A stretch of 63,407 nt of DNA, filler included, from Chiloscyllium plagiosum (taxonomy: Eukaryota): assembly GCF_004010195.1 (NCBI RefSeq). It is 7 parts of one record of this genome, joined end to end, with 100 filler letters (N's around TTAATTAATTAA, not from the genome) between each part and the next. Parts side by side here need not be neighbours in the genome. Positions count along the whole stretch, not along the records: positions 16,056 to 34,356 come from NC_057710.1; positions 34,457 to 43,255 come from NC_057710.1; 5 more parts are not named here. One strand, given 5' to 3'. Positions within the stretch are counted from its first letter, which is position 1. Every line of letters begins with the position of its first letter. Below, in pieces: positions 25,851 to 39,165 of the stretch. The notes under the pieces are model-generated. The model saw nothing but the letters and a program-made list of their open reading frames with translations, did not search any database and had not been told where the DNA came from. The translations under genes and the position numbers were made by a program.

Positions 25851-26641
25851 TCTTCCTTTTGTTTATACTTGTTTAACTTGTAAGCATTTTTGTAGCAATG
25901 GTGATTTAAAAAACAGTTTGTGAGAGCTACTTTTCATAAGTAATTAGTTTTTATTTAAAAAGGATTATAACTAGGCAAGATAAAAAATTGTACATTAAGT
26001 TTTGTTTGAAATTTCAGGACTTGCTTTTTTTAAAAATTTCATAGAAACACCTATAACTTAGTGAGAGATCTTTGGAATTTTACTTTCAGTTTTGGGCAGT
26101 TCTGCAAAGTCCTTGGATAAAAATGAATGTATAAAGCAGTGCTACTGAGAAAGAGAGAAACTAGTTAGATGTATTAGCACTAAATTGCCAGAGAGTAAGG
26201 AGTTAGTGATGGTCCTGGATAAGACATTTATGGGTAAAACCATGAAGAAGTTATCTTATGCTGAGAATAGTTAATTTCAGCTTGTCTGATAATTACAGGA
26301 AGATGCTATCAAATTTTCCAAACTGATGGTTAAATTCACAGTTAAATCAAATCTGTTGAGGTGTTAGAGAAAGAGGTTTTTATCTTTGGTGTGAGGACTG
26401 TATATTTTTGGCTACAGCGTAGGAATATTTTTGGGATCTGTAAAATACTGTTTTTGAAGAGTAATAGAAGTATATATTGTCATGTGTTTAAAAATCGTTG
26501 TGTTATATGTAGCTTATTTAACAATTAACAGTTGAAAGTATGACATTAGCAGATCACACATAATAAAAGTTTTATTGCCACAATAATGAGAAAACTCCCA
26601 TTTAATTTTGTACACAACCTATACTTTAAACTACAGATCTA

Positions 26642-27029
26642 AATGAGTCCTTTTTCTACTTATCATGGATCACACTCTGCGTGGAATTACACTCATTATA
26701 GTAAACAGTCCATAGTTTGGAGTACTGTGTCCAGTTTTGGTCCCCACAGCTCAAGAAGGACATACTGGCACTGGAACGTGTCCAGCGGAGATTCACACGG
26801 ATGATCCCTGGAATGACAGGTCTAACATATGAGGAACGGCTGAGGATACTCGGATTGTATTCGTTGGAGTTTAGAAGATTAAGGGGAGACGTACAAAATA
26901 ATACAAAAATAATACATGGCTTGGAAAAGGTGGATGCTAGGAAATTGTTTCAGAATGAGTCCTTTTTCTACTTATCATGGATCACACTCTGCGTAGAATT
27001 ACACTCATTATAGTAAACAGTCCATAGTT
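26642..27029 (+). repeat. 76-bp direct duplication flanking an internal CR1 fragment (26718-26953)
   Basis: 26642-26717 equals 26954-27029 with one mismatch; insert reads [31 protein letters not shown]. Confidence 0.92.
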
Positions 27030-27375
27030 GATCCCAACTTTCAATTAATACACATTTCCCTATTTCTCCAAATAGTAATTTTTAAATGATAGCCTCCAGG
27101 TGCCTCTCTTTGCAGAGTTCCTAAATACACCACCAGCAGTAAAGCCTGCCCTGATAACCCTGTCCCTCTATGTATGCTAAGATGAAGCTTCCATAATCCT
27201 TACATGACAACAAGATGTGACTCTTCAAATAAAACCAATTCCTTGCATCTAGCTGTGATAGTTTGCAAAGCCAAGCAGCCTCTTATCCCTGCCGACCACA
27301 CAACAAAAACACAGCATGTTGGGTGATTTCATTAATTTGTAGGGTAGACTGTAACCTGATCTCAAAAAATGTCTC

Positions 27376-27696
27376 AGAATCATAGAATCCCTCTAGCACA
27401 AAAGACACCATTTGCCCCATTGACTTTGCACCGACCCTCCAAAGAGCTTCCCACCTTGACTTACCCACACAATTACCAAAGTGAATCCACCTAGTCTGCA
27501 CCAGAGGGCAATTTATCATGGCCAATCTACCTAACCTGATCATCTTCAGATGGTGGGAGGAAATCAGAGCACCTGGTGTAAACTCATACAAACACAAGAA
27601 GAACATGCAAACCCCATACAGACAGTCACCCAAGGATGGATTCAAACCTGCTTCCATAGAGCTGTGAGGCAGCAGTTCTAACCACTCAGTCATCAT
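27376..27696 (-). mobile_element. HE1 SINE (V-SINE)
   Basis: gaacatgcaaaccccatacagacagtcacccaagg..ctaaccactcag. Confidence 0.88.
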
Positions 27697-27731
27697 GCAA
27701 ACCAAAGGACTGCAAAACACTTCAGCATTAC

Positions 27732-27781
27732 GTCGAAGTAGAAATCTTGATTCATTGTTCTTGATGTCCACTCCCCTTCAT
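27732..27781 (-). CDS. Candidate 50-nt exon (xEGEWTSRTMNQDFYFD)
   Basis: ccatttatttcttag acceptor, GAC|gtaatg donor, single open frame, non-repeat context. Confidence 0.3.
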
Positions 27782-30596
27782 CTAAGAAATAAATGGACAG
27801 TTGACAGCACAACTATTTACAGCTTGATATATTCAAAATCATTTTGCGATTTTGGAAGACTTAGTGTTGACTCTTTATGACCTCACAAACTGCTGCCATT
27901 GTCTCCAACTGTAAATATGTGACACCATCACCCCAGTTACACAATGTTGCCTCCCTTTCATCTTCAACTGCCCCAGGGCTGTTGTCAACTAGACTTCAGA
28001 ACAGGTCACATAATTATCCTATTTAACCTTAAAATAAGACACAATTCCAAAACACTTATTCATTCATGATGCAACAATCATAAAAACCTCAACTATAATA
28101 GTAAAATTGTTTTGGCTTAAACATGAAAAATAGCCATCATGTAAAAGTACTGGAGGTTTTCTAACAGTTGTGGAACCATAAATTCTGCCATGCACAAGCT
28201 TTTTCCCTATCTCTTAAATGTATGTCAGCTCTCCTATAAGCCAAGAACTCAGCAATCATCAGTGCTGACTCTTAAACAGCCCACCCTCTCCATTCTCTCA
28301 TCCTTTTAAATGCTCTTTAAAACGAACCTCCTTGACTAAAGTCTCAGATATGGGTTGGTGTCAAGTTTTGTGTCATAACACTCCTGTTAAATGCCTGTGG
28401 CATTTTACAAAATCAAAAGCATTATTTAAATGAAGGTTTTTGCTGCAACTCTACCTTTATCAAACAATGAAGATAAATGTTGAAAAAAATTGCTTGTTGA
28501 TAAATTTAACTTTTCTGTGAATTTTTATTCTTATGCTGTGAAAAATTTGAGAGCCTGAAAAATGGGAAATTGTGAAATAATACATAAATACAGTATGTCC
28601 CATAACTGCTATCCATACGTATGGAAAATATAACACCCTCCTGGGTGCATGCCATTGCTCTGAAGCTGGTTTGTTTAGATCCACTGAGAGGGTTGATCTG
28701 GCACTGCAGGATTATACTCCCAACTCCAATGTGAATGGTATGTGTTTCAACAAATTCTCAAAAAAATAAAATGCATCACAGTGATAATAACCAGAAGGGA
28801 AATCTAGAAGCGCAATGGTGTAAGAAAAATTATAATAATTGATTTGCTTTTCTATGTGGCAGGGAAACTGGACATTGCTTTTGTTTTTGTCAATATGCAC
28901 GATGATTTGTAATGGTAGCATTCCTGTGTAAACAGGAATCTTTGTGAGAGCTGGAGGCTGGGAATTCACAGGACATTGTTCTTTCAGGCAGGATCTCTTC
29001 CTGGAAGAACAGAGTACATCTATTTTAAAAAGTCTCTTCAATTGCTTTAATGTTTTCAGCTATGGAAGATCTGTCTTTTGTGATACATATTCCATTTTCT
29101 GATTGTACTTAATTCTCTTGCTGTTTCCTGAAAATTATCTTCTAAATATTGCTGCAACCTGTCAAATGATAATATAGTGACAAAGGTACTTCATTCTTCC
29201 ACAATCCTGTTTTCACAGCTGGTGAAATGTGCAATTTTATCTTTAAAGATATATCACTACAATATGTTTCTCATTATGCATTAAATAATTTCAAACATCT
29301 GTACTCTTAAAGTGACATTTTATTTGAATGTACAATGTAACTATTACATGTACCCTACATGTTGAGCAGAAAGCGTATGTGTTGCAAAAATAAAATTCTG
29401 TCCATCTGATACAAACTACAAAATTATTTCATGAAAATTTACAGAAAATATACAAACCAACAATCTGCAGTACCACAAAGAAACCAATTAACATGTATAT
29501 TCATGGGCACGAGTTTCTAAGACCAATTCTTTGGCCCATGTGTAAGCGGGTCTGCTTGTAAATTGTGGTACATCAGCTGATTGCCAGGTCAGAGACTGTC
29601 TCCATCAGCCCTGCCTCCAAAACAAAGACAAAGGGGAGAAAAAGTATTTTTGTTATTAGTTATTGCTTGTTTCATGATAAAGTTTTGGATAGATTAGTGA
29701 GAAATTGAGAATCCATTCTGGCAATTTTCATTTATGTATTTTGCAAATTAATGGCCTGTTGCTAGACTTTTCTCCGCACATTTATTCTTAGGTTTCTATC
29801 AAAACTGTATGTAGAGCCTCCTCCAATGTCTAACTGTCTCAGTCTAATATCCTGAATTCTCTAGGTTTTACTCTTCAGTCTGAGCAACTGTGAGTTAATC
29901 TGAACTATATGTCTGCTCTCCTTCTTGATGCCATGCTGTCATAGTAGAGGATGGAATTTATGGGAATGCAACATTTTCCAGTGGGGTGGTATCCTTGATA
30001 GCATGTGCTAACATATACCAGACTCAAGGAGCTAAACCGGTGCCTCTGAATGCATGGTGGTTTGCAACTGTTTGACTTTACCGCTGAGTGGATGGTAATT
30101 AAGTAAACATTCAAAATTTTTGGCTAAAAGGCACAGGTTGACTGCATATGAAATATATTAAAACTGACCAAGAGTGTCGACTTATACACAAGATTAAACA
30201 TTACTTGAGCATAAATGGTAAGTTGCTAAAATAAATTTCCTTTCAGCAGCCATATTCATTCTGCACTAACCTCAAACATATTTTCAAAACTGGGTTTTAT
30301 TACTTTAGAAATTCCTCAAATAATAAGTACAGTGGTTACAAGAGCAGGTCAGGCACTAGAAATGCTGCAGCGTGTAACTTACCTCCTGACTCCCCAATCC
30401 TGTCCACCATCTGCAAGGCACAAATCAGAAGTGTGATGGAATAATCTCCATTTGCCTGTTTGAATGCAGGTCCAACAACACTCGACAAACTTAACATTAT
30501 CCAGGACAAAACAACCCACTTGATTAGCACCACATCCATAAATATTTACTTCTTCCACCACGAAAGCTCAATATCAGTAGTATGTATCATCTACAA

Positions 30597-32472
30597 CTGT
30601 GAGCTCCAACACATACATGACAATCGATTGGTCAATCACAGAGGCTCTGACTGTGTTCCCTTGACAAGCATATATCAGTCATCATGCTACTGCTTCTGTG
30701 AGCTGTGTCACTAGAGAAAGGTGCATGTTCTCAACTGGCTTTACTGGATTGTTACATTGTATTTCAGTTTGGTTTAGATGGACTCTCATTGCAGAGTAAA
30801 GTAAGATTATGCAAATCAGTGCAAATCAAGAATAAGAGATATGCTAGAAATCGATGTGCAAAGCCAGTGTATTACAGTATTAGAAACACAGGAGACTTTT
30901 CAGCAAATTATGCGGAATCTCTGCCAGAGCAGCTCAGCTAATCTCGCCCCTCTGCTCATTCCTGCAGACCTGCAGATTTTTCTTTTTAGCTGTTTATCTA
31001 ATAGGTCCGTGCAGGGTTAAGAAAATTTATGGTGGATGTTGCCTTGCTCCACATCCAATATCCAAACAGCACAAGCTAAACAGGGACCATGGAATTGAAT
31101 CACAACCACAGTACTGACCTCCAAGTCTCCACACCTGAAGTCAGCCAGTAACATTCTGGATGTTTCAGGAGCCCGGATTCAGAGGTCAATCTGCATTGCG
31201 ACCAGTGACATAGGGATGTCACAAACCACGAAATGAAGCAATAATGACTAGTGATGCAGCTGAAAATAAACCAAATCTCAGGTTGTGAAATCTATTGTTA
31301 ATATTGTAAACTCAATTTGAGCCCACCCCTTCAGCACCATTTATTTAAATCCCTACTTGACAAACTCAATGCTGCCTGCAGCGAGCTAATCTTCCATGCT
31401 GATGAGAGGTGGTTAAATCAAGGGAAGTTCCAGCAAACATTATCTGATCTGATACCTGAAATGATCACTTTTCTTAAATCAAGAACTAAGAGAGAAGAGA
31501 ACTGTCTTTTTGTTCCCAAAGGCATTGTGTCCAAATAAATGACCTTGAACTGTGAACTGCACAGAAATGACAGATCAGCGCTGGGAATGCAATCAAACTG
31601 AAACTGGGTCTGTGGTTCTCCCAGTTCAAAAATAAAATGCTGCACTAACTGCTTGAATCTGGAGAAAATACTAAAAATAAAACAAAGTTAGGTAAAATAC
31701 TTATATCCCTGAAAAGATCTGTGTACACCTGAGGAAGTTGGGATAAGAATTCAACAGCTGAAAATGTGTTGCTGGAAAAGCACAGCAGGTCAGGCAGCAT
31801 CCAAGGAACAGGAGAATCGACGTTTCGGGCATAAGCCCTTCGGGTTCTAGCTTCCTCTTACATAAGAATTCAACAAACAATCTCAGGAATTATATGTAAT
31901 GGAACAAATCACCATGTTTATCCAAAATATGTCCCATCAAGTAAGCAGTTGTGGATTGGTCACCAAATTCCATCAAATGCTTGATTTGCAAACCAGTAAA
32001 GGTGAGTTAGAGATAGTCATTATGCAAAATGACATTAAGCTGAAATTCAAATCAAGAGACAGAAATTTTTGGAGATTCAGAAACAGAGGAAAATACTACT
32101 CCTGTCATCCTGTGCTTTAAAAGTGAAAGCTTATTTTGCCTCCACATAACTGTGAGAGAGTGTTCTCCCAAAAGAAGATAATCCAGTCTGAGCATAGTAG
32201 GCACCTCACAGATAGCTATTTGATGGACTGTATATAAGTAGCCATCTCAACTACACCCAGACTTCAAGGCTCTGGCAGATAATGTTACAGGTGTCACACT
32301 GAGACTTAGTGAACAGACGGCAGAATTAATAGCTGTAATATATATATATTTGGTTTTGGATTTATATAGCAATGAAAATAAACTGTTTATTTTATATTTT
32401 CTTCAGGGTAAATCCAGAGTTGCGCTTAAATTTAAAAAGTGACATTGCGCTTAAAACTTTAGGAGACCACTG
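30597..32472 (+). mobile_element. hAT DNA transposon (SPIN/GTF2IRD2-like transposase), decayed
   Basis: 8-bp TSD atctacaa/atccacaa; degenerate TIRs CTGTGAGCTCC / GGAGACCACTG; LQHHLFKSLLDKL..ELIFHADERWLNQGK; C-terminal MQNDIKLK..FW..YFAST..ERVFS dimerisation region. Confidence 0.88.
31757..31861 (-). mobile_element. Penelope pLTR mini-element inside hAT
   Basis: gacgtttcgggcataagcccttc; 14-bp duplication ataagaattcaaca (31743-31756, 31862-31875). Confidence 0.85.
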
Positions 32473-33734
32473 ATCCACAAGATGCGCTGCAGAAGTTCAC
32501 AAAGATTCCTTAGACAGCACCTTCCAAACCCACTACCACCCACAAGGACAAGTCCAGCAGATACATGGGAACAATGCCTCTTGCAAGATCCTTGGAATAG
32601 ACTCACCATCCAACTTCTGTGTCACTGAGGCAAAATCCTTGACCTCTCTCCCTAACAGCATTGTGGGTCTACCATGGTCAGCACAAACATAGTGGGTCAC
32701 AGGCCTGCACTTGTGCTGAGTAGTTCTACCACCAGCACATGGACGACAGCAGTGCAAGAAGGCAGCTCACTACCTCCTTCTTATAGGCATTTAGGGACAA
32801 GTAATAAAGGTGGTCCAGTCAGCGATGCCCACATCTTATGAATGAATTTTTAAAAAATAATCAGATGCAAAATCCCTGTATAATTGGCTTCATTCCTGGA
32901 ATCCACAGATGATACAAATAATATCTCAGAAAGAAATCAAAACAGAAAGGAGAGCAAACAAATTGTTGGATGGCGTGACTCTGAATCCTGATGTTCTTTA
33001 ACCTAGGGTCATAAAAATAAATGATTAGTGAGGTAGTTGAAGTGTTGGTTTTAATTTCCAAAATAACTAGATTTGGGGAAGGTTCCTCTAAATTGGCAAA
33101 TAGTGAATGGAACTTCTTTACTCAAACAGGGAGGGAGACAAAAGCAGGAAACCTATGACAAGTTATCTTGACATCAGACAAAAGGATATTTTTGAAAGTT
33201 ATTGTTAAAGATGTAATAGCTAGGATCTTAGAAAAGTTCAAAGTAGATGAGCAGAGTCAAACTGTTTTTGTGAAAGGGAAATGATGTTCGACCAAATTGG
33301 AGTTCTTCGAGGAAATAACAAGCCGCGGTGAAATATATACTTAGCTTTCTAGAAGGAATTTAATAGGGTTCCAAATCAAAGATTACTGTGCAATATAAAA
33401 GCTCATGGTGTAAGACATAACATGTTGACAAGGAAAGAAGACTGGCAAGCTGACAGGAAAGGGAGAAGGCATAAAGAGGTCATTTCCTGGATGGCAAGAT
33501 ACATTGAGTGGTATGTTCAAGGGATCAGTGCTAGGGTTCAACATTTTATAAATTATAACAATGACTCAGATGAAAGGACCAAAGATATGGTTACTAAATT
33601 TGCTGATGACACAATAATAGATAGTAAGTTCTGAAGAAGGAAGCTACTGAAGGATACCAGTAGTTTAAATGAGTGATCGAAAAATTGGCAAATGAATGTA
33701 ATAGAGTGGATCTCTCAAATTTTAAATTTAATGT

Positions 33735-33902
33735 TGATCTCACACTTTGTGCACCTTCTCTACAGCCCTAACGTTGTATTCTTCACTCTGTTCTTTTACC
33801 CTAATGCACTTTGTAAGATATGATCTGCCTGTACTGCATGCAAAAATTTTCACCAAACCTAGGTATATGTGACAATAATAAATCAAATCAAATCAAATCA
33901 AA
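33735..33902 (+). mobile_element. LINE 3' end (Rex1/Babar-like) with (AAATC)n tail
   Basis: tgtgacaataataaatcaaatcaaatcaaatca terminus. Confidence 0.55.
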
Positions 33903-34456
33903 TATAATGGAGAAAAATGTGAGATTGTCCATTTTGGCAGAAAGAATTTTAAAAATATGTGTTTAGGGCAGCCTATGATCAGAGATCGTACAAGATGGCA
34001 GCCCATGGATTTTTAGTTGGCATGAATATGGCCTAGAAGATTTTTAGCTTCCGTTACAGAATTACCTTGCTGAGTTTAGAATTAAAGTGAGATCATAGGT
34101 TAGGACAATGGTAGCTTTTGAAAATAAGATAAACCCAAGGTAAAAGATGGAACAAAGAATCTTACAAATTAAAATACAGAAGGTCCAGTACAAACTCACA
34201 GCAATGGATATCTGTAAAAGGCAGTCTGACAAGAGATGTTTAGGAACAGACAGCCGAAAGTTTGTAGTTTAACATGAATTAAAAGATAAGTACGATTCCA
34301 CAATAACGGAGACTTTTCATGTATTGAGAAGATCAAGCTGGGGGAGGGGGAACAGANNNNNNNNNNNNNNNNNNNNNNNNNNNNNNNNNNNNNNNNNNNN
34401 TTAATTAATTAANNNNNNNNNNNNNNNNNNNNNNNNNNNNNNNNNNNNNNNNNNNN

Positions 34457-35396
34457 GTTCGGTGGGGCAGGAGCAGGCTGAGACAATGGGTCGGCCGGGG
34501 CAGTCAGGTTTGTGGATTTTGGGCAGGAGGTAGAAACGGGTGGTGCGGGGTTGTGGGACTGTGAGATTGAAGGCGGTGGATGGGAGATCCTCTGAGGTGA
34601 TGAGGTTATGGATGGTCTGGGAGATGATGGTTTGGTGGTGGGAGGTGAGGTCATGGTCAACGGGGCAGTAGGAGGAAGTGTCCGCGAGCTGGCGTTTTGC
34701 CTCAGCAATGTAAAGGTCGGTGCGCCAAACTACTATCCGCCACAAATTCACCTGCTCCTCCACACACATCATTTACTGCATCCGCTGCACCCGATGTGGC
34801 CTCCTCTATATTGGGGAGACAGGCCGCCTACTTGCGGAATGTTTCAGAGAACACCTCTGGGACACCCGGACCAACCAAACCAACCACCCCGTGGCTCAAC
34901 ACTTCAACTCCCCCTCCCACTCCTTGGACTCCTCCATTGCCAGACCATAGCAACACGACGGTTGGAGGAAGAGCGCCTCATCTTCTGCCTAGGAACCCTC
35001 CAACCACAAGGGATGAACTCAGATTTCTCCAGTTTCCTCATTTCCCCTCCCGGCACCTTGTCTCAGTCCCAACTCTCGAACTCAGCACCACCTTCCTAAC
35101 CTGCAATCTTCTTCCTGACCTCTCCGCGCCCACCCCCACTCCGGCCTATCACCCTCACCTTAGCACCCTCACCTTAACCTCCTTCCACCTATTGCATTTC
35201 CAACACCCCTCCCCCAAGTCCCTCCTCCCTACCTTTTATCTTAGCCTGCTTGGCACACTCTCCTCATTCCTGAAGAAGGGCTCATGCCCGAAACGTCGAT
35301 TCTCCTGTTCCTTGGATGCTGCCTGACCTGCTGCGCTTTTCCAGCACACATTTTCAGCTCTGATCTCCAGCATCTGCAGTCCTCACTTTCTCCTAG
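34457..35396 (+). mobile_element. Penelope element: inverted RT piece + GIY-YIG endonuclease + pLTR with hammerhead motif
   Basis: Minus: RFYLLPKIHKPDCPGRPIVSACSCPTE. Plus: IIYCIRCTRCGLLYIGETGR..FREHL. CTGAAGA at 35270 and GAAACGTC at 35290. Confidence 0.93.
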
Positions 35397-36079
35397 GTCA
35401 TTGAGTCTGCAAAGATTATTGATAGGTTAAGTGAATGGGCAAAATTTCACAAATGGAGTATTATGTTGAAAAATGTCAATTTTTCCATTTTGGCAGGAAG
35501 AATAGAAAAGGAGCATTTTATTTAAATTGCAGAGAAATTGCAGAACTCTGAGTTACAGAGGGATCTGGTGATAAATTACAGAAAGTTAGAATGCAAGCAC
35601 AGTGAATGATTACAAAGGCTAAATCTTCCCAGCAAACCTGTCAGCAATTACACAAAATCCTTTAGATGTGTTCAGCAACCATTATGTCTGATAGAAGGAG
35701 CTAATAGCTGAAAAGTATCAAAAGAAATCACAAATGAGATTGCCTCACTCTCTTTGTAAGGCCTTAGGGTGCAACAATATGTTTGATGTTGATTGATGTG
35801 CCTGATTCTTTACATTCCATAACAGATCTGTGCACCATTTGTTCTTCTTCAGATATTTTATCAGAATTAGTGTTGAGGTTTTCTTTGCCGAGAGTGGCTG
35901 TTTCTAATAGACTAAGAATTTGGATTTTCTTTACTTACTAATTGCACAGAAAATCATTGCTTCCTGTGCCTTTACTGGATGCATCAATTGGCTTCTATTT
36001 TTACCAGTATGGTAGCAATGCTTTTTGAGCAGTCAGCTAGCCTCCCTCAGCATGATAGGGGGTAAAAACAAAGAGAAAA

Positions 36080-39000
36080 TGACTGGTGAAGACAAATGTA
36101 GGTCCCTTGCAGTTAGAATCATGTGAAATCATAATGGACAACAAAGAGCTAGCAGACATACTTTGGATATGTCTTCACTAAGGAGGAAACAAAGAACTTT
36201 CCAGAATGCTAGGTGACAGAAGGTCAAGCATGAAGCAGAAACTGAAGGAAATCTTTAGTGGTCAGGAAATGGTATTGGAGAAATGGATGCGATTAAAACC
36301 TGGTAAGGCCCCAGGGCCTGACACACTGCATCCCAGAATATTTAAAGACGTGGCCCTGGAAATAGTGGATGCATTAGTGATCATTTGTCAGCATTCTATA
36401 GGCTCTGGCAGAGTTCCAATAGTTTGGTGGGTAGCTAATGTAACTCCACTCTTTAAAAAAGGAGGAACGCAGAAAACAGGGAATTATAGGCTGGTTAGCC
36501 TGGCATTGGTGGTGGGGAAAGTGCTGGAGTCAATTATTAAGAATGTAATAGAAAATGAAAATGTTGGCAAGGAAGATACAGAGATACTTGCATCTAGACT
36601 AGAAGAGATTGAGGTTCACAAGGAAGATGTATTAGAAATACTGCAGAGTGTGAAAATAGATAAGTCCCCTGGGNNNNNNNNNNNNNNNNNNNNNNNNNNN
36701 NNNNNNNNNNNNNNNNNNNNNNNNNNNNNNNNNNNNNNNNNNNNNNNNNNNNNNNNNNNNNNNNNNNNNNNNNNNNNNNNNNNNNNNNNNNNNNNNNNNN
36801 NNNNNNNNNNNNNNNNNNNNNNNNNNNNNNNNNNNNNNNNNNNNNNNNNNNNNNNNNNNNNNNNNNNNNNNNNNNNNNNNNNNNNNNNNNNNNNNNNNNN
36901 NNNNNNNNNNNNNNNNNNNNNNNNNNNNNNNNNNNNNNNNNNNNNNNNNNNNNNNNNNNNNNNNNNNNNNNNNNNNNNNNNNNNNNNNNNNNNNNNNNNN
37001 NNNNNNNNNNNNNNNNNNNNNNNNNNNNNNNNNNNNNNNNNNNNNNNNNNNNNNNNNNNNNNNNNNNNNNNNNNNNNNNNNNNNNNNNNNNNNNNNNNNN
37101 NNNNNNNNNNNNNNNNNNNNNNNNNNNNNNNNNNNNNNNNNNNNNNNNNNNNNNNNNNNNNNNNNNNNNNNNNNNNNNNNNNNNNNNNNNNNNNNNNNNN
37201 NNNNNNNNNNNNNNNNNNNNNNNNNNNNNNNNNNNNNNNNNNNNNNNNNNNNNNNNNNNNNNNNNNNNNNNNNNNNNNNNNNNNNNNNNNNNNNNNNNNN
37301 NNNNNNNNNNNNNNNNNNNNNNNNNNNNNNNNNNNNNNNNNNNNNNNNNNNNNNNNNNNNNNNNNNNNNNNNNNNNNNNNNNNNNNNNNNNNNNNNNNNN
37401 NNNNNNNNNNNNNNNNNNNNNNNNNNNNNNNNNNNNNNNNNNNNNNNNNNNNNNNNNNNNNNNNNNNNNNNNNNNNNNNNNNNNNNNNNNNCTAGGATGT
37501 TGCCTGGTATGGAAGGAATGTCTTACGAGGAAAGGCTGAGGGCCTTGACGCTGTTCTCATTAGAGAGAAGAAGGTTGAGAGGTGACTTAATAGAGACATA
37601 TAAGATAATCAGAGGGTTAGATAGGGTGGACAGGGACAGCCTTTTTCCAAGTATGGGCACGGCAAACACGAGGGGACACAACTTTAAAGTAAGGGGAGAT
37701 AGGCATAAGACAGATGTCAGAGGTAGTTTCTTAACTCAGAGAGTAGTAAGGGTATGGAATGCTCTGCCTGCAACGGTAGTAGATTCGCCAAGTTTAAGTA
37801 CATTTAAGTCATCATTGGGCAGGCATATGGACGTATATGGAATAGTGTAGATGGGATGGGCTTCAGATTAGTATGACAGGGCGGCGCAACATCGAGGGCC
37901 GAAGGGCCTGTATTGCGCTGTAATGTTCTATGTTCTATGTAATAACTGAGTGTTTGGAAAGTGGTGACAGAATCAGTCCAAGTCAGCATGGATTCACTTA
38001 AGGAAAATTATGCTTGATAAATCTTCTAGAATTTTTTGAGGATGTAACCAGTTGAGTGGACAAAGGTGAATCAGTGAATGTTGTGTGTCTGGACTTTCAA
38101 AAGCTTTTGACAAGGTCCCACAAAAGAGATTAGGAAGCAAAATTAAAGGTAATGGTATCAGAGGTAATGTGGTCAGCAGACAGGAAGCAGAGTGTTGGAA
38201 TAAATGGGTCCTTTTCAAAGTGGCAGGTAGTGATGAGTGGAGTACCACAGGGTTTAGTGCTGAGACTGTGGCCGTTCACAGACACATTAATGATTTGGAT
38301 GAATGAATTGAATGCAATATCTCCAATGCAGATGACACTAAGCTGGGTGACAGTGTGTGCTGTGAGGAGGATGCTAAGAGGCTGTAGGGTGACTTGGACA
38401 GATTGGCTGAGTGGATAAATACTTGGCAAATGCAATATAATGTGGATAAATGTGAGGTTATCCACTTTGGTGGCAGATTATTATCTGAATGGGGGCAGTT
38501 TAGGAGAAGGTGAAGTGCAATAAAATCTCGGTGTCATGGTGGAAAAGTCAGGTGCAGCAGGCAGTGAGGAAAACTATGGCATGCTTCCTTCATAGCAAGA
38601 GGATTTGAGTATTGGAGTAAGGATGCCTTGCTGCAGATATCCAAAGTCTTGGTGAGTACTACACACCTTGAGTATTGTGTGCAGGTTTGGTCTCCTAGTC
38701 TGAGGAAGAACATTCTTGAGGAAAGGACTGATATATGAGGAAAGAGTGGACTGACTGGGCATGTAATCACTGGAGTTTAGAAGAATGAGGAATGATCTCA
38801 TAGAAACATATAAAATCCTGATGGGACTGGATAGGTTGAATGTGGTAAGAGTGTTCCTGATGTTGGGGATGTCCAGAACTAGGGGTCACAGTCTAATAAT
38901 AAGGGGTAAGCCATTCAGGGCTGAGGAAAAAAGTATCCACTCAGAGAGTTGTGAACCTGTGGAATTCTCTCCCACAGGAAACTGCTGGGATAAGTTCATT

Positions 39001-39165
39001 AGATATACTCAAGAGGGAACTGAGTGTGGCCCTTGCATCTAAAGGGATCAAGGAGTATGGAGAGAAAGCAAATGGGATATTGAGATTGCGTGATCAGCTA
39101 TGATCATATTGAAAGGCCAAATGGTCTACTTCTGCAACTATTTTTTATGTTTCTGTGTTTCTATA
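36080..39165 (+). mobile_element. Older CR1 ORF2 split by a younger CR1
   Basis: KAPGPDTLHPRIFK..NYRLVSL..ESIIKNVI continues after 37944 with LDF.KAFDKVP to the 3' tail. Confidence 0.9.
36551..37936 (+). mobile_element. Young CR1 nested insertion (mostly gap)
   Basis: VKIDKSPG before the gap, ORF 37497-37850 after it, TGTTCTA tail; atgtaata repeated at 36543-36550 and 37937-37944. Confidence 0.88.

Larger units (their letters stand above)
30325..32860 (+). mobile_element. CR1/L3-type 3' region split by a hAT insertion
   Basis: ..tatcatctacaa (30596) resumes as gatgcgctgcag.. (32481); tail gggacaagtaataaa..cccacatc. Confidence 0.85.
33050..35620 (+). mobile_element. Decayed CR1 RT region(s), interrupted by other insertions and a gap
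   Basis: KFADDT at ~33597; continuation ..gtgaatgggcaaaa..ttccattttggcaggaagaatag after 35400. Confidence 0.7.

Noticed and set aside
28455..29160. Several exon-like acceptors and ORF 28712-29041 (-)
   Set aside because: No combination gives a strong acceptor, open frame and good donor together
35720..35910. Short open frames on minus between CR1 fragments
   Set aside because: Two competing frames, weak splice signals, no recognisable homology
36206..37495. Longest ORF in the track (429 aa)
   Set aside because: Chimera of two CR1 pieces read through a long N gap
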